A stretch of 58,873 nt of DNA, filler included, from Sphacelaria rigidula (GCA_964200075.2; 10 parts of 10 records of this genome joined end to end with filler, not necessarily neighbours in it), one strand, 5' to 3'; positions 11,479 to 25,027 are shown, counted from the first letter of the whole stretch. Numbers and translations: made by a program. Notes: generated from the sequence alone by a model not told the origin.

Positions 11479-13686
11479 AGATTTTTGGCCCACGGATTGT
11501 TCACTTTTGTGACGTTTGATCCACCTTTCGACCCCCAAACCAAGAAAACCGCCAACACACGTCTAGGAGACTTTGCATCACCCCACAGAGAGGAGCCTAG
11601 TCTGCTTTTCAGATTCCCTTGGCTCCGAGGTTTCGAGATAGGCCGCTGAACAAGAATCCGTGCGAAACAATCTGTGCTTGCCGATCCACAGATTATNNNN
11701 NNNNNNNNNNNNNNNNNNNNNNNNNNNNNNNNNNNNNNNNTTAATTAATTAANNNNNNNNNNNNNNNNNNNNNNNNNNNNNNNNNNNNNNNNNNNNAATG
11801 CATCGATCGGGGGTTTCATATAGACTTTAGTATGGACGCCATCTCCGTTAGGTATAGGAATTACTAGACATAGGGTTTAATCAACGAAAAAATATGGACC
11901 CAAACTTTCAAGCAGATGGGCATCTTCCCCTTGGTTAGACGATTACTACGATATGCGGATCACGGCCAAACTCGTCTGTGTCGACGAGATATTGCTTTTA
12001 GAGCTTAAATCCGTGTCTAGGCTGGCCCAGCTCGTAGAGTTTTATCGTTTTCTACTTTTTGCAGAAACTTTCAATCGCTCTAACTTTCTGCTTTTCTTGT
12101 TCTTTTTCTTGATATTCCCGGGGAGGTTGTGCGTAGTGATGATAAAAATATTGTGTCAACATTTCAATGCCCAACGCTTCGGATTACCCACAACCGGGCC
12201 CGGAAACATTCAAAAGTCACTGTCAGCTGGCCCAGCTCGTCGGGGGCCCGGAAACATTAAAAAATCTCTATCAGCTGGCCCAGCTCGTGGAAATGATACG
12301 TATGCCGCGAGGTGTCTCTGTGTTAACTGTATTCACAAACCAAGGTGTTCACAGCCTCATCGTCGCCTCACCGCAAGCTGCTGCGGTAACAAACACTCGA
12401 CGATGCCAAACACGCGCGCCTCAACGACGCGCTGCACACTGTTCCCTGACTGCGTACCAGGACGGGGGCGAGTTTCGCGCAGGGGCTCCTCTATCGGGAT
12501 CAGGATCATCTTCCCGCACTTGCTGCGAATTTGTGTGCGTCGTGGACTCCAGGTGCATCGGAAAATGCACTCTTACCTCACCCTCCCCGTTGTTTCACTG
12601 CTCACGCGCGTCATACTCCACCACAAGCATGCGCACGGGGCAACGTTTTGGATTCAGATGACCGTAGTTAAACGCGTGGTTGGCGTGAAAGTCTGCCGCA
12701 TAGTGCTCGTGGGATCGTACTGAGTGGGGGGGTTCAATGTTGCTGATGAAACTACGGTTTTCTGATAAGATTAAGCTCCTGTGTACTGGTTTTGAGAGAG
12801 ACGTCCCCGTAGTTCTAACTACACCAGTGGACGATGTGACCCTTCTTCTTGCGATTGACGACGCGCCCCGCTTTGTATTCCGGCTACACCGTTCGTTTCT
12901 CCACAGCGTGAAGAAGGGAGAAAACAAAGTATTGATGCTGACCCCAGCCTGCGATCTGGCGAAGGTTAAGGCGTACATGAAGCAGGTGAACGATGGGATA
13001 CCGACATCGCTCTCGTTGCCGATAGTTGAGTATAAAAATATACCGCTATGCCTAGGGCATGACGTTTACAGCGCCGCGACACAGCAACGAGAATAGAGGT
13101 ACGTGCAGTGGTCAACGGTATTCTTTGTTGTTGGGATTCAACTCTACGAAGATCATCGTGTATTGGAGACGCGTTATCAAGCGTACATCACGAACGGGGG
13201 ATGGTTTACTGAGGACGCGAGGATGGCACTGCTGTGGGTTATCTGGCTCACGACTTCTACACAATGTCATGTTTTCCTTAGCTATCTGAGTCGTACCCTG
13301 CTTCCCCAGCCTTGCTATTTTCGTTTTATTCTTGCGCGATTTCCTGACCTGACGCCCCGCGACAGAGATCGACCGTGCTATTTGTGTTGTCCTGTTTTCT
13401 TTTTTCGAGACTGGTACAAGATACTGGTCTGGCGCCTTTCATTTTTGCCGTTCACCCTGACCTCTCTCCCTTTTTCGTATCTCTCCTTCCTCAAGCTTAT
13501 TCCTATGATTCACCTCGGGTGCGCCTGCCTTGTGAAACCGGCTGGATTCGTGGCGGTTCGCTTAATGCGCGATAGTCGACCACCAATCTAGTCCGTCACG
13601 AACAAATCAACCTCATCTGTAGTGTTTCGACGCGCGCGCTATTGCTCGTCGGAATGACACCACACCGCAGGCATTTTCTCTGGCAG

Positions 13687-15556
13687 GACATGTGCTGATA
13701 ACCCTACCATTCAATCGCCTCTACGATGAGGTCGAACAATTGGTCCTGTCTACCGCGCAACTTCGCGGTGCGCTCGAAAAGTTCTGCATGCGACAGCCCC
13801 GTCGACGAATGCTCAAGGTACAGAAGAGCGAATGCAGTGGGTGTTGTCAAAGCTACGTGTGGTTCAGAGAGCGACGTCCTCGTCCTCAAGAAGCCCTGAA
13901 GTAAGAAGCGGTCGCTTAGGGGACACTCACTCTGAGCGTTCCTCCGATGTTGCTAGTAGCACGGATCAATCATGACTCCAACATGAGGCTTAAGCCTAGC
14001 CCACGTTGAGCGTCCTGCAATTTGAAATCTCCGTTCGATGCAGGTCACAAGTACGCGCAGGCGAGTTTATGTTCTTCACGTTGTAGGCCAAAAGTCTCGT
14101 TGCAAGCCGAGGAACCAACCACGATATCTATGCAACGTGCGTACGTCGACTATCGCCTACAGGTGATGCAGGCGACATTGGCGATAACGCCATGTCTGGT
14201 AGATGGAGTTCGCATCGCTGACGGAGAGGACGCGACGATTTCAGCCCTCAACCAGCTGTCGGAGCTGGCACAGGTACATGCTACGCATCACAGAAACATT
14301 CGCACGAGCAGCAATATATCCAACGTGAGACAAACGTCTCGCCTCCATCAGGACCAAGTATTTGGGAACTAATACGGTCGATCTCAGTGTTATTTGCGTA
14401 TTCCCATGGGGTCGCCATCGTGCTGGCCAGTGCGGGGTCCTTGCCCTTATCTTCCTCGTTCCGCAGTAGAATAACTCGAACATGAACTGCCGATCATTCT
14501 CCGACATCTGGCACAGCTACGTAGAAATTTGGAGACAATGGACCGTGCGGGCATGCTAACGCCATTGGTTGCAGGCGTGGGACGCGTCATCCGGGAAGGG
14601 GAGTCACCTGCGACAGTAGCGATGGCTTGCAATGTGGTGTGGATACTAGCCGCATCCGGTGAGACGACACGAAAACTTGCGCTAGCTGTGTATGTAAATG
14701 GAAGCGAAATTGCCGCAACGGAATGGTCACGATGTGTTCCCGAAGCGCTGAAGTGTGCAATGTTGTTTGCTAGAACCGTAGTTGGTCAGAGGACGGCCAC
14801 CGATGGCAGCAGAGGACCCTGGGGGATTGTAGATAACGTGTGTGAAAACGGAAGCTTGCGCGTGCGATCGACTGCTTCGCCCAGCGAACGGGATGAGCTG
14901 TACGTAGCATCATGAAACTGGTCTATCCGCGCATGTATCAGCGCGTTCTCGATGAGCATCTGCGCAGGTATCACAATCAGCACTCCATACAAACGCTGGT
15001 GGGATCCATGCATGCCGTCTGACCATGTCGTTCATCGAGGAATACTGTCATCTGTCCTGCCAACCTCACGATCACACATGACAAACAATTGTACCAATCC
15101 TTGAGCCCTTGAGGGTACCGACTCGCGACGCTTTCGGAAAACAGGATTGCGACGACAAGTCATGGAAAATGGCCTTCTCACGGACCTCTTCAATTTGTTG
15201 GAGAAAGTAGCCATGGCAGTCGAAACCCCCGAGCGCCGTAAGCAACGGGAGAAAGCCACCGAAGCGTCGATAGTGGGCGGTGAAGGTATCAGCACTGAGC
15301 CGGGTTGTATTTCGAGTGAACCCCTAGGATCGGGTGATCCGCCGACTGCAGCGGCAGATAAGCTGGGCGGCACAAGCCAGGGCCTGGAAGGTTTAGGAAA
15401 ACTGACGCCGGGACAGGAGCTGAACGAGCTAGCCATGGGGTGCTTGGGAGCCGTGTCGACGGTGTTGCACTCAGATGCAGCTAAAGAGATCTTGTCACAC
15501 CCGAGAAATCGTTGCCTGAGAGTACTTCTGGAGGTTGCCACGGTGGCGGAGGGCAG
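13687..15556 (+). CDS. Partial spliced gene, armadillo/helical-repeat-like protein; exons 13687-13817, 14163-14273, 14517-14658, 15145-15556 (possible upstream exon ~12770-12985)
   Basis: Canonical CAG/GT sites, all phase-compatible: ...RRMLK|VMQATL...SELAQ|LRRNLETMDRAGML...ACNVVWILAASG|LRRQVMENGLLTDLFNLL; ARM assignment is inferred from the amphipathic pattern. Confidence 0.7.
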
Positions 15557-15714
15557 GTAGTGTATACGAAGAGTGCAGCTCTACGACGATATCCCAGAGT
15601 ACTTGCGTCCCTTTTGGTGGGGGAAAAATGGTTTCCCTCTCTTTTTTCCGCCCTATTTCAATAACACCCCCCTCCTCTTCCATGAGGGAGTAGTAGTATT
15701 TGTTTTTTCAAGAA

Positions 15715-17430
15715 AGGAGACAAGGCTGGTCCACGGAAATATAGAGGGATAGCGCTACTGAGCACCGTAGGGAAAACATTGTGTACGATTCTGAATGATT
15801 GAGTGGGAACGATGCTAGAGAAGGAAGAAGAAATCAGCGAGGGGCAAGCAGGTTTGAGACTAAACCGCAGTTGTGTAGATCATGTGTACGCACTAGGTAA
15901 GTTTATTCAAGGCAGGAAAGATGCCGGACCGACAACGTACTGTATCTTTCTAGGGGTACAAAAATGCCCTTATGACACAGTATGGAGAAATGGGTTGTGG
16001 GAAAAGATGTGGGAAACTGGGATCAGAGGAAAGCTGTGGAGAAAATTGAAGATGAGAGAATGTGCCACAAGTTCTATGATGCTAGACGGGGAAATATCGG
16101 AATATTTCGATATCTTACGAGGGGTTGCACAAAAACGTACATTATCACCGACTTTATTCAAGATATTCATTAATGACCTGATAATAGCAATAGCAGCAGA
16201 AAAGCAAAGAGTCAAGGTCGGGGAAGACACGGTATCGGGACTGATGTTCGTGGATGATTCCGTGGGAATATCAGAAACACCAGAAGGACTGCAGAAACAA
16301 ATAGAAAAGGCGCTAGAATACACTAGGAAATTGAGAGTGACAGCAAACGTAAACAAATGCACGGTACTTGTATGTGGCCAAGATAAGAAGAATCCGGTAT
16401 AACTCGAATGGAAGGGGGGAAAAGAGGAATTACTGATCGTAGAGCAGTATACAAACCTTGACGTAGAGATGTAAAGAAAACTGTTCTTGGGATGCCCACA
16501 TATAGCAAGTAATAGAAAGGGTAGGGCACAGATAGGCAGGATTGACGTGAGCTTGAAGACTCGCACCTAAATACTAGGATTGAGATATTTATTTCGATGA
16601 ATGTGAGCGTACCGAAGCTGGAATGTGCAGGAGGAGTACGGGAGGGTAACGCGAAGTTAGTGAAGCTGGAAACAGTACAGATGACAGTAGCTAAGAAACA
16701 TACTTGGGCGCTCAAAACGACGAGTAATACAGCATTGAGAGCAGAATTGAGATTATATCCATTTATAACAAATGTAGACATTAGAAAAGTGAAATGAAAA
16801 TATAGCGTAAGCAGCATGCAGAGAAAGAGATTGCCAGCCATAGTTGATAGGGTCGCATGGAAGAAAATGACGGAAGGGCAGGTTGGAATAAGGTGTGATA
16901 GCGTAGTCGAGAAAGTATGGAAGGGCATAGGAGAAAACAAAGACGAGATACTGTCCATAGATGAATATGGAGGGTACAAGGCAAAAAAAAGAGACATGAT
17001 AAAAAATAAGGAGAAACGGAACACCTGAAGATATACGGGCGGTTGAGAGAGGGCATAGGGATGAAAACATATCTGCATGGCCCGATAAACTCCGCGAAAA
17101 ACTTGAAATTGCCATTTCGGGTGGGAGACCTAGACCTGCCAGAAAAAAGGAAGAGGTATACCATTAGTCGAGTGGAGGAGGAAGTAGATGCACAGAATTG
17201 CTCCTGTAGCAAAGCAGTAGAGAGCAGAACTTATACACAGGCAGAATGTGAAATATATAAGGAGAAACGGGACGTGCTAGAGGGGGGAAATGCGGGATGT
17301 GAACGAGGGTGGCATGGAATCGTTTGATGCATTAGACAGTAGGGAGAAAGCGATGGCTATGCTATGAGATATATGGTGGCCACAGACGGCGAATCAGGAA
17401 GGGGATAAGATATGTAAAAGGGTTTTGTGT
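15715..17430 (+). mobile_element. 5'-truncated, decayed non-LTR retrotransposon (LINE) reverse transcriptase region
   Basis: RT motifs YRGIALLSTVGK, QAGLRLNRSCVDH, YDTVWR, GVAQKRTLSPTLF and MFVDD, with stops and frameshifts; purine-rich strand bias. Confidence 0.92.
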
Positions 17431-18545
17431 GATTGTTTTTTTCCTTGATGGAAGGAGGAAACCCAACCCTACACTTACCCCGTTGGCGATCGCAACGATC
17501 GCGAGCGAGTTCTTGTCCCGATTACCCGAAGGCTCGGCTAGACCGCCTCGCGGCGATCATGTGGGGAAGAAGACTAGAGCTGTGGCTAAAGGCANNNNNN
17601 NNNNNNNNNNNNNNNNNNNNNNNNNNNNNNNNNNNNNNTTAATTAATTAANNNNNNNNNNNNNNNNNNNNNNNNNNNNNNNNNNNNNNNNNNNNATCCTC
17701 AATCAAAAGCACCATCCTCAACATAGATGATTGGCTGTTTAAAGGAGGAGAATCAAACATACACCCCGCAAAGCCCACCAAACTTTTCGGATTTTGTCAA
17801 TGTTCACTTATCAATTTCTTGCAACAAAGTTATTAACAGAATAAAAAATCAGGATGATTTTGAATGTTGAAAAAACGCCCTTCGGCATCTGAGGTCATCG
17901 GGACAGAAGAACGGGCAAGGGGCAGAAACAGATATACGAACCCCACAAAGTCCATCAGACTTTTCGGTTATTGTCAGCGTTCATAGATCAATTTCTTGCA
18001 ACAAAATCAACAGAAACAATCAATACAGTGTTTATTGATCAATTTCTTGCGAAAAAGTTTACAAAAAAAATCAAAAAAACTCATGACAATTTTCGAAAAA
18101 ATGCTCTCGGGGGGGGGTCCACGTGTCCCGATTTTTTTTGTCAGCTGCCCCTTGCGGACGACATACAGCATAGATAGACTGTTGTGTCTGTTCTCATGCG
18201 TCAAAGGGCCACCACGCTGCCACTGGCGAGCGAAGGATAATGATTAAACACGCTGAATGCCCGCGAGCACCAGCGATAACAGCAGTAGTAGTGATGGCAG
18301 TCAAGCCATCAAAGGTGCTGTCGTGGGCTGTAATGTGTGCTCAAACGTGTTCAAACGAGATTCAACAGCTAAACACTTTTTCGATAACATTTTTCGATAG
18401 CACGAGGTTATCGGAAATCCTGATTTTGTGATAAGTTTGGGCTATCGGAAAGTGTTAACTATCAGAAAACGCGTTTTCTGTTGAAGGTTTTTTTATACAT
18501 AAGAAGTAGCCTCACGGTGCATTCTCAGTTTCCTTATTTGGTTAA

Positions 18546-18648
18546 CCCTTTAGACCGCGGTGCGGGTAGTCCATCTGGATCATGCACCCTTTTTTCAAGT
18601 GAATATTGATGCCGATTCAGCAGGTGACCTACCCTCGCGATCAAAGGG
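18546..18648. mobile_element. piggyBac-like MITE copy
   Basis: TTAA|CCCTTT ... AAAGGG|TTAT with the internal core shared with 4846-4943. Confidence 0.85.
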
Positions 18649-20686
18649 TTATTCAAGCGGGTACTTGTAACAACAACTTCTATTACAGTTGAGTGCGATA
18701 TGCGTTGGTTGAAACCTCTCAGTATCTTTCCGTGCGGTACATTTATTCGGCCAATCAGGGACGACCACACCACCGTCCATGCCCTTCCCGGTGATGTCAA
18801 TGCGAAGTAAGGATGACACGCTATATTGGCAGTAAAGATCCCAAACAAATAACCAGACCTCAAGAGTGCCCGTGTAACAGTAACGAGACTGCACCCGTGA
18901 GCCCTTGCACCCCCATCACGTGCGTGTCTCTCCAGGAGAATATACCCCCCGCGGTGCCTGAGATGATGGAGATTGTGCCATTCGATGCTGCCACTTCAGA
19001 CGCATGGCCTTCGTCGTACCAATGCGCTACAACATCCAAGGCTGGTCGAGGTATGATGTACAGTACTACTCACGTGTCGGAACATTCACGCTTCCAGGAT
19101 TCATGGCACGCACATACAGGGTTACACCCACTCTGCGGTATCGATCGACAGAGAAGGTGAAGAATACCTGGTCGTTGAGGGCTCTCGGTGCTGCTGTCAG
19201 AATAAGTTGTTCGCGTGCTGTTGATGGGGCTCCTCTATTACGCCTTCGTCGGTTAATCTTATCCTCAAAACAATACTGTACAGACTGAGGACAGCGCAAA
19301 AAGTGAAGTAAATGCGCGCAAACGTGCGCATAAGCGCCCCAAAACCATCCTTGTACGGTTGTATGTGTACAACCGTCATGTGATACGTTGCTCTGTATGT
19401 TGTTGTCTTCACATGAAGAACTAGTGCGCACATTGTTGTCGGACTGACTCCGTGCAAACTTCTGCAATGCAGTGCAGGGTACAGTACAGTAGTTCTTACA
19501 CTACGCAGTTGGGGTAGTGGGAGATTGGAAGTTGGCACTGGAGCAGATCATACGCTTTTCGGCCATACGTTGCCCACATAAGTTATAACGGCAAAAATGA
19601 TCCGAATATCAATGAATCGAGAACCCATCAATTCTACCGAACCCCTACCCATGTAGGGGTTTGGGTTTGGGTTTGGGTCTTCTTCACGAGCTGCAGCGTT
19701 AGTCCTTGATTCAACCTGCTAGCCGAGAGAGTAGTTCTTCACTACTCTAGTCTGCACAGTACTGACCGTACCGGTTGCTGCCATCAGTTGTCCACAACTT
19801 CTCCACGAGAACTCCACACTGTTTGTTGTGCATGTCCTGTTGTGCGGTGTATAACACTCTCTGATCATCCTTCAGAACGCGGCTTTAACGTTCTCGATCT
19901 TGCAATCAAAAGTCGTGCAACCAGTCAATCGAGGACATCTCCAGTTGGTGTCTCGGATGAGCGCTCAAGTTCGGCATGTATGGCACCGCACTTCTCGACG
20001 GAACAGAAATTGAAGTCTCACGCAGCTCCGCGGTGGCATTTGTCCCTGTGTTCATTTCATGTATCCGCCGTTGGACAATATTGACTGTTTATTTGCGCAG
20101 TAACAGGAGTTCGTTATGACGCATCGCATCATACAACAAGACAGCATTGGAGCCCTTTCTTGCTGGCTGTGTAGAATCTTTCGGTCGAAGATAGGTTCTA
20201 TCGCTCTAGGAAGCCTGCATTTCGTCTCTGACGACTCTTCTTCGTCATCATATCGAAGGTGGCGGCATGTCCGGAGTATGATCCTGAGTCCACACCGAAA
20301 AGTCGCGAGCGGGTCTACATAATGCTTGAACAAAAATACTACAGTTGTACGGACCTGAGACGGCCCCAATGGCACCGCGTGCTCAGGGGGTACTAGTACA
20401 TTTACGAAGACATGTGATACGGAGAACGACAGGGCTAACATGTCACAAGTTGATTGCCTGAGCTCGATGTGTACGACATGAGCTATGTGCGTGCTCGTGT
20501 GCGGCAATGTAATGCAGTTCACGGACTAGTCACTAATAGTACCGTTCCGCTTGTGTCTTGCGTCCATCCTCTCGACAACTGTCAGCGGTCAGCGGACATG
20601 CCACCTGTGTTCAGATTTTTTTTACCGGATCAACCACCACCTCCGTGTTGTGTTATCGATCCATATAGTAAGGCTATACTATATTG

Positions 20687-20850
20687 CCGGTCGCCCCGGT
20701 GGCTCAGTTGGTAACGGGTAACCTCCAAACCTTCCGACGGTTGGCCTGTGGATTCAAATCTTGGCGCGAGCTGGGATTTTTTCTCACACAATGCCCAACA
20801 GAAGTGGAGAGCGACTACTCGTATGTCGTGGGCACACAATATTCGACTTG
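20687..20850 (+). mobile_element. SINE family A, 5' half (tail remnant at ~21506-21535)
   Basis: GGTCGCCCCGGTGGCTCAGTTGG head and body up to ATTCGACTTGA; GACGACAA(CA)n tail follows the inserted element. Confidence 0.8.
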
Positions 20851-20851
20851 A

Positions 20852-21504
20852 CCCTTTCGGGACCGGACTCCCAGAAACATGATATTTGCACTCAGGCCGT
20901 GTCTTATCAAATTGTCTTCGACTAGAAAACGTACGGTGGAATCGAATTTGCTTTCACCTGATACGTCCACAGCACCCATGTTCTCAACCATCTGAGAAAG
21001 ATGAGAGCGTGGGCGAATCAGAAACGAGGGAATTCGATTCGACCGCACGTTTTCCAAACGAAAACAATCTGATGAGACACCGCCTCAGCGGCCTTTTTGT
21101 GAATCGGCATTAGTGGTTAGTAAACCTGAGGAAATGTACGTAAACAATGGTTGATACCCGATTTTACCTGATTTCAGACCAAAGAAAGTTCCGAGAAAAA
21201 AAGTGGTCTGTGGCAGGTGAGCAGTGGTGAGCAGTAGCCCCAGCTCGTCCAGAACGTGCTTTGGTCCAAAATCAGCTGAAAGGCGTCGATTTGAGCTCTG
21301 GCAACGCCCACTTTGCCTAAGGAATACTCTGTACCCCCTTGCTCGAGGGTTCTCGGTATGCCCTGGTCGGGGTTGGGGTTAGGGTTGGCGGCATCTCCAT
21401 TGTACGAACCATTATTTACGTACATTTCCTCGGGTATCCTCTCAGTGGTGGCGCCGAGGCTACTGCGCGTAAACACGATGTTCCTGGGAGTCCGGCTCCC
21501 AAAG
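20852..21504. mobile_element. Second CCC-terminal (piggyBac-like) non-autonomous element with long TIRs
   Basis: Left CTTTCGGGACCGGACTCCCAGAAACAT pairs with right ATGTTCCTGGGAGTCCGGCTCCCAAAG; GAGGAAATGTACGTAAA pairs with TTTACGTACATTTCCTC. Confidence 0.7.
20895..21084. mobile_element. ~190-bp palindromic MITE with 3-bp TCA duplication (PIF/Harbinger-like)
   Basis: TCA|GGCCGTGTCTTATCAAATTGT ... ACAATCTGATGAGACACCGCC|TCA; pairing continues almost to the centre. Confidence 0.8.
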
Positions 21505-22974
21505 CAGACGACAACACACACACACACACACACATTACACCCGTAGTCCCACATGAGGTACAAGCATGTCCCTCGCGGGTATATACCGCTTTCGTGCTTG
21601 AAGGTTTACAAGTTCGGGCAGTATGTACGAAGTATAGTGACTTTTGACGCGAGAGAAAGTATCGTTTTCTCCCTGAACACAAACGTACTTGACGAAAAGT
21701 TCACCCAACGTATGAACGAAGAACGTGAGCCCATCTACGCGTTGACTCCACACAGCACCGGCAGCGCAAGAGAAACGGTACAGCCTCATACCATGCAATC
21801 TCTCTGTGGTACAGCGATACTGCATTTCCCCAGGAACGACGACACAGCCCACAATATTGAATGCATGTTTGTCGCGTGCTTGGCTGCTGCGGTGCCGTCG
21901 CCCCCTTCCTTTTCCCGACAAAGAGGTGTAAAAAAATATTTTTCATGCCAGTGCGCGCACGTGCACATAACTCGCCACCGTCCGTGTGGGGATAAACCAC
22001 ACCAAGCTTCAACTAACCCCATGGGTACAACTTTTCTACTCCCCTCAGAGCAGACAGATGGTTCGCCAACAACAAATGGGAATGTCGAACTCGAGTGATG
22101 GGGCCAAGCTGGATTCTGTGTATTCCTGGTCTGTGATATGAATGTAACTGCATGAGAGTTACGGCTGTTTCGTCTCCGGGCAAGGTTGCTTGTGTGTTGA
22201 ATCGGAAGGTTTTATCGAGGTTTGCTGGACGTTGAACTACTGGCTATGTGATATATGACATTTTCTTCATCTTCAAGTCTTGACCATATCTCCCATATCT
22301 CCCGAAGCTGTTGATCGGACGACATGACCGGACGGCACGTTCGCTGGGGACGCACGGCGCGGCACGGTCATGTTCCCCGTTCCCTAAAATACCAGGAGAC
22401 GGGATTGGAAACTTGGGAATTTGTGCTTACGGGACAGGACCGAACGTGCAGCTGAACGAAAAACCTGACTCGACGGGACAGAAAGTGCGGCTTCGAACAA
22501 ATTGTGTAGGACGAGACAGCTACTGTGAGAATTTGAGAATTTCCTCCGAACTTGACAAAGGAACCGTGATCGATTGACTCATTCATTTATTGACTTTTGC
22601 ACATGTCCTGTGATATCCTGTTCCGTCCCGCTCTCACGGGAGACACGGGAACCGTCCTGTGATGTTTGTTCTGTCCAGTCGTCATGGCGCGGTATGAATC
22701 ACCGTTCGGAACCAACTGCGTCATGAATATGTCGAACTCGAGGTTCCCCGCATATTTCACAGCACAGACAGTGGGTTGGCATTGGTTCTTTGGTGCACGA
22801 ACAGAGTAACCGATCGCATTCGTGTTGACAATTATTCAACAGGAGGAGAAAACGAGAAATCCCGCTGGTGCGGGAGAACTCTACCAAGTACGAATAGGCC
22901 AACATCCCATTAGAGGTTCCCGGTATATTTCCCGATAAATTATTCCTTTCCCTGTTGTCCGTCATGTGCATTAC

Positions 22975-23225
22975 CGAGGTATCTTCCAGCAGTACGAGGA
23001 GTACGGAGGTGACACGTTAGGAAGGGTATTGCAAAGCCTTTTGAAGGTTCACAACCAAACAATCTGCAAGATGGGCGATAACGACTTTGGTGTGGAGCAC
23101 ACCGGGGTTAGGGTGCGCCAGAGGGCGGGGACATTGGAAAGGGTGGTAAAATATGATCAGGAGGCCTTTGCGAAGGCGTGGGACTTCCTGGCAGCAAGCC
23201 CCAGTGAAGGAGGGGGCGATTTTGA
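22975..23225 (+). pseudogene. Possible C-terminal fragment of a mariner-like transposase
   Basis: TLGRVLQSLLKVHNQTICKMGDNDFGVEH resembles the C-terminal LQS...G(D/N)N.Y...H stretch of plant/oomycete mariner-like transposases as I recall it; no DDD core present. Confidence 0.45.
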
Positions 23226-23424
23226 AAAATTCAAGAAAAAAAATCGACACTTTTTTCCCCCTCGGAAAGGGGCAAAGAAACGGCCATTTTTGGGCCGACT
23301 ATTATTTTTGCAGCCGTTCGGCGACATGGTTCAAGCACGAGCTGCAAATTTTCAATACATTTTCTTAACCCCAAAACACCGTAGAGTTCGTGAAAGAAAA
23401 AAAAAAATGATCGGACATCGTTAA

Positions 23425-23491
23425 CCCTTGGACCGCGAGGTTAGTCCTTTGTTGAATCGGCATCAATTTCAAGTGAAAAAAAGAATGAATG
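23425..23491 (-). mobile_element. piggyBac-like MITE cut by the contig end
   Basis: TTAA|CCCTTGGACCGCGAGG followed by GTTGAATCGGCATCAAT. Confidence 0.8.
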
Positions 23492-23591
23492 NNNNNNNNN
23501 NNNNNNNNNNNNNNNNNNNNNNNNNNNNNNNNNNNTTAATTAATTAANNNNNNNNNNNNNNNNNNNNNNNNNNNNNNNNNNNNNNNNNNNN

Positions 23592-23705
23592 GGCAAGCAA
23601 CAACTGAGTACGCCCCCCCCCCCTCCCCCCGTGCTCCGTCTCGAAAGGGATGCGTGGTCAATGGTCAAATGACTAAGGCAAGCAACAAATGAGTACGCCC
23701 CCCTC
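23592..23705 (+). repeat. High-copy repeat at contig starts (also 47180-47260, ~47755-47835, ~53095-53130)
   Basis: CTCCGTCTCGAAAGGGATGCGTGGTCAATGGTCA and/or GGCAAGCAACAAATG(A/C)GTACGCC-polyC recur at three contig starts. Confidence 0.85.
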
Positions 23706-25027
23706 CCTCCCGACTGGCGAAATGGCCCCGCGCGAGCGCCATCGGAGGCAAGAAAAAATGCGGTATTTTGGCCAGTTTTTCCTTAAAATGTCTTCCCTTG
23801 GTGTCTGTAACTCCACTAAGAAAAGCATATACTGTAGTACTAGTCGGGGTAGATGTGTATGATTTCTATCGGTGCCGGTCACGTGTTCAGATTCGTTGTT
23901 GTTCGACCGCAAATGACTCAAACGTCGGACAACCCCTCCTCCCTCCCCTTTTCGAAGAATATTGTTCAGGGAGGGGATGCTGCGCTGATTTCGTCTCCGG
24001 GAACGGGGATAAGAAGATAAGGAGATCATAAGGAAATAATGGTATGTGGTGGGTACGTTCTGGCGATGACCCCCGCGTGTTCGGGGGCTTAGCCATTCGT
24101 GAATATTGTGGATAAATGCCGATGTAAGTATTATAGTAAAGCGGTAGTTGGCATTCCCCACCGTGTCTGGAAGAGGGGTAGAGTGACTTCATGGCCGGGT
24201 GGAGAGAAAAGGGGGAGCGGAGATGAATACCTTATTGCTTACGTGTTCTATCGATGGGTTCATCAATGTAGGTGCATCGCCGTCATTCGTGCGTGGGAGG
24301 CCAAAACGGTGCACACCACCCGGGTGACATTTGATTTTGGCGTTTGGGGGGATGCGTACATGAAGTCTCGACATACGGAAATATTGTTTCCATATTTCAA
24401 GCATCCTGAAAAAACTGTCATGAGTTACAATTTATTTTTGCCATTTACACGGTATAGGTCAAAACGGTTGATACCAACCACAAAGTCACGGTAGAAAACA
24501 CCCTCGGGGACGGTTACTATTTCGTCCCCTGCGTTACCAGGCACACCCCGCCTAAGTTCGACTTCACAAATGTTGCGTTTATATCATTATTATGCATTTC
24601 CTGTCAAATCTTGGTTCTAAACGAGTTCGCTGATGTATTGAAAAAATGTGACAAACGTGGTCTGGAATAGCGTGGAATTGCCCCATACTAAAATAGGTAT
24701 TTATATGTAGCCGGAAACGGCAAACATCAACTGAAGTGGACACCTCGCGCCCTCGTCGCCAGTTCCAGCTGACACGACAGTGATAACTGGTCCAGTTCAC
24801 AACCCTACTCCGGGATTTTTGTTTGAGGCCACAGCGGTGACGCGAAGGGCAAAAAAGTATACCTTGACCGATCAGCACCCTTCACATTGTTCTGGAATTC
24901 GAACTACGAATTCTCAAAACAATCTCTACTCAATCTCCACATGCTTCCTGTCATAGTGACCACCATCAGCTCGAGAATTCGATAATGGTGCAAATTGTAT
25001 TTGAAAACGGGTACTATGTAGGCTTTT

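Noticed and set aside
15970..17212. Long minus-strand ORFs
   Set aside because: They are antisense shadows of the purine-rich LINE.
19655..19680. Telomere-like GGGTTT run (also GGGTTAGGG near 21375)
   Set aside because: Only 3-4 imperfect interstitial units.
20180..20320. piggyBac transposase fragment (ILRTCRHLRYDD...IEPIFD) on the minus strand
   Set aside because: The resemblance is too short and no flanking motifs were found.
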